From the NCBI GenBank assembly GCA_016201265.1, contig JACQDD010000210.1:3102-67101 (forward strand): a stretch of 64,000 bases of DNA. Reading direction: 5' to 3'. The translations under genes and the position numbers were made by a program. Positions within the stretch are counted from its first letter, which is position 1. Each line of letters opens with the position of its first letter. The DNA is from Terriglobales bacterium. GTDB taxonomy: Bacteria > Acidobacteriota > Terriglobia > Terriglobales > Acidobacteriaceae. The notes under the pieces were generated by a model, which made no database searches, was not told the DNA's origin, and saw only the letters and a program-made list of their open reading frames with translations. This document shows, piece by piece, positions 62,584-64,000 of this stretch.

Positions 62584-63963
62584 TCATCTTCTGTTCTGTG
62601 TCTCTGGGGCCGACGCGAGCTGGCCAGCCAAGGCCGGTGCTTCACGCGTGTACTTCAGAACCCATACAACCGCGAGGCCAAACAGTGCGAGGAAAACAAA
62701 AACGATGAAACCAATCGCGTAGCCGCGCGTGCCGAGATCGTGAACCGCAAAGCCCAGCACCGGCGGGATGACAAAGCCACCGAGAGCTCCCAGACCACCC
62801 ACCCAGCCAGCGGCTCCTCCGACCGCCTGGGGAACTTCCTGCGGGACTAGCTTAAAGACGGCGGCGTTGCACACCCCCATTCCGACAGCCAGAAGAATTT
62901 CCCCGGGGAGCGCAAGTTCCAACTGGGTGGAGCCGGTCATGACCACGGCTCCAATCACCATTACCAGGAGGGCGAGAATGGCGGTATTTTCGCCGCCCTC
63001 GCGGAGGCGATCCGATAACATGCCGCCCCCAATGCGGATTGCCGAGGCCAGCACTGAGTACACGGCCGTCAGCAACCCAGCCTTTACCGCGCTGACGCCG
63101 AAATAGGAGCGCCAGTAGGTCGGCAACCAGGCAGTCAGAGCGATGAAACCGCCGAAGGTGGTGAAGTAAACCCAAACCAAAGCCCACGTCTTCCAGGTGC
63201 GCGCCGAGATACGGAGACTTTCGACTAAACTCCCCGCCGGGAACAAGAACTGCCCTTTCTCGCGGGCGATCCGGCGCGCTTCTTCCGCCTCAACTCCCCG
63301 GCTTTGCAACTGAAAAAACCAGGCGTTGCGGCCAAGCACCGCGTAAAGAACTGTGCCCGCTGCCAGGAAAACAAGCCACGCGGTATACGATCCGGCGAGG
63401 CCCAAGCTGACCAACGCGATCGGAAGTAAGAAGGAAAAGAGTCCAGGCGCCAGGTTTCCAACGCCTGCAAAGATCGCCAGCGCCCGGCCTTGTTTCGCCT
63501 GGGGGAACCAATAGGAAACCTGACTGATTCCCACCGAAAAGGTCGCAATGCCGCAACCGGAGAGAATACCCAGAGCCAGCAGAAGCGGATAAAGCTCCCG
63601 AGAAAGCCGGTCCGGGTACAAGAAGTAAATCACGAGTAGGAGACCGACCATGCCCAGCAACGATAAGGCGAGCAACACCAGAAACGGCTTGCGCCCCCCC
63701 GTGGTATCGACCCAAGCCGAAAACGGAATCCGGAGCAGCGAGCCGGAGAGAGCCGGCGCGGCCACCAGGAACCCCACCATGACGGGCGACAGATGCATCA
63801 CTTCTTGAAACTTGCTGGCGGTCGGACCGAACAGCGCGACCGCCGCGAAACCGGCGAAGAATCCCAGCGTAGCTGCGAACAAGCTCCGATTCGGTGTGCC
63901 TATAAGTTGATTCACGACTTCAGACTCCTTTCTTCCAAGTGTGTTACTCAGCATGCCCCGCAT
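62584..63963 (-). CDS. MFS transporter, NarK/NasA (nitrate/nitrite)-like
   Basis: 459 aa with about 12 TM helices. SGSLLRIPFSAWVDTTGGRKP and the second-half GGALGGFVIPP glycine-rich motifs resemble the NNP family. Confidence 0.8.
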   Translation of the reverse strand: MRGMLSNTLGRKESEVVNQLIGTPNRSLFAATLGFFAGFAAVALFGPTASKFQEVMHLSPVMVGFLVAAPALSGSLLRIPFSAWVDTTGGRKPFLVLLALSLLGMVGLLLVIYFLYPDRLSRELYPLLLALGILSGCGIATFSVGISQVSYWFPQAKQGRALAIFAGVGNLAPGLFSFLLPIALVSLGLAGSYTAWLVFLAAGTVLYAVLGRNAWFFQLQSRGVEAEEARRIAREKGQFLFPAGSLVESLRISARTWKTWALVWVYFTTFGGFIALTAWLPTYWRSYFGVSAVKAGLLTAVYSVLASAIRIGGGMLSDRLREGGENTAILALLVMVIGAVVMTGSTQLELALPGEILLAVGMGVCNAAVFKLVPQEVPQAVGGAAGWVGGLGALGGFVIPPVLGFAVHDLGTRGYAIGFIVFVFLALFGLAVVWVLKYTREAPALAGQLASAPETQNRR

Positions 63964-64000
63964 CCAGCTCCCTTGCTCCCATGATTGCGGTTACCGTTCC

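Overview
This is a GC-rich (about 60%) bacterial chromosomal segment. The gene content and intergenic repeat families look Acidobacteriota-like; that assignment is an inference, since no search was possible. I support about 52 protein-coding genes, all domain calls made by eye from signature motifs in the supplied translations.

Gene content, left to right:
- PilZ fragment, CDGSH protein, YdcF-like protein, NDP-sugar dehydrogenase, glgC, a methyltransferase and a TPR protein.
- Two sigma-54-type two-component pairs.
- An OmpA-like protein, a BNR propeller protein and a ParE/RHH toxin-antitoxin pair.
- A CBM9/DUF5916-like outer-membrane protein and a glycosyltransferase.
- The conserved infC-rpmI-rplT-pheS-pheT block.
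- An alpha/beta hydrolase, an aminotransferase, zapB-like/zapA, lgt, ligD, a NUDIX hydrolase and a second methyltransferase.
- A DUF6569-like gene lying divergent to an ECF sigma / anti-sigma / MBL hydrolase triplet.
- A LacI-controlled TonB-receptor + GH39 + GH144 glycan-utilisation operon.
- A seven-gene chemosensory operon, a decayed dehydrogenase remnant, an outer-membrane barrel protein and a NarK-like MFS transporter.

No rRNA, tRNA, CRISPR array, transposase or integrase was found.

Most unusual observations:
1. The chemosensory operon (51445-60776) has no cheY. Its CheA carries a zinc-binding CZB domain nested inside the P5 domain and an MshEN-like tandem motif where P2 should be. Its only receptor is a soluble truncated-haemoglobin-PAS-PAS-HAMP MCP, and its last gene is an HDOD protein.
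2. A family of 7-nt tandem-repeat arrays, often in inverted pairs that form roughly 30-bp hairpins, occupies at least 12 intergenic sites in the first 35 kb.
3. A near-perfect 29-bp inverted repeat of a dispersed REP-like family is translated in frame as the interdomain linker of LigD.

Many long ORFs in the track are antisense artefacts of high GC content and were rejected.
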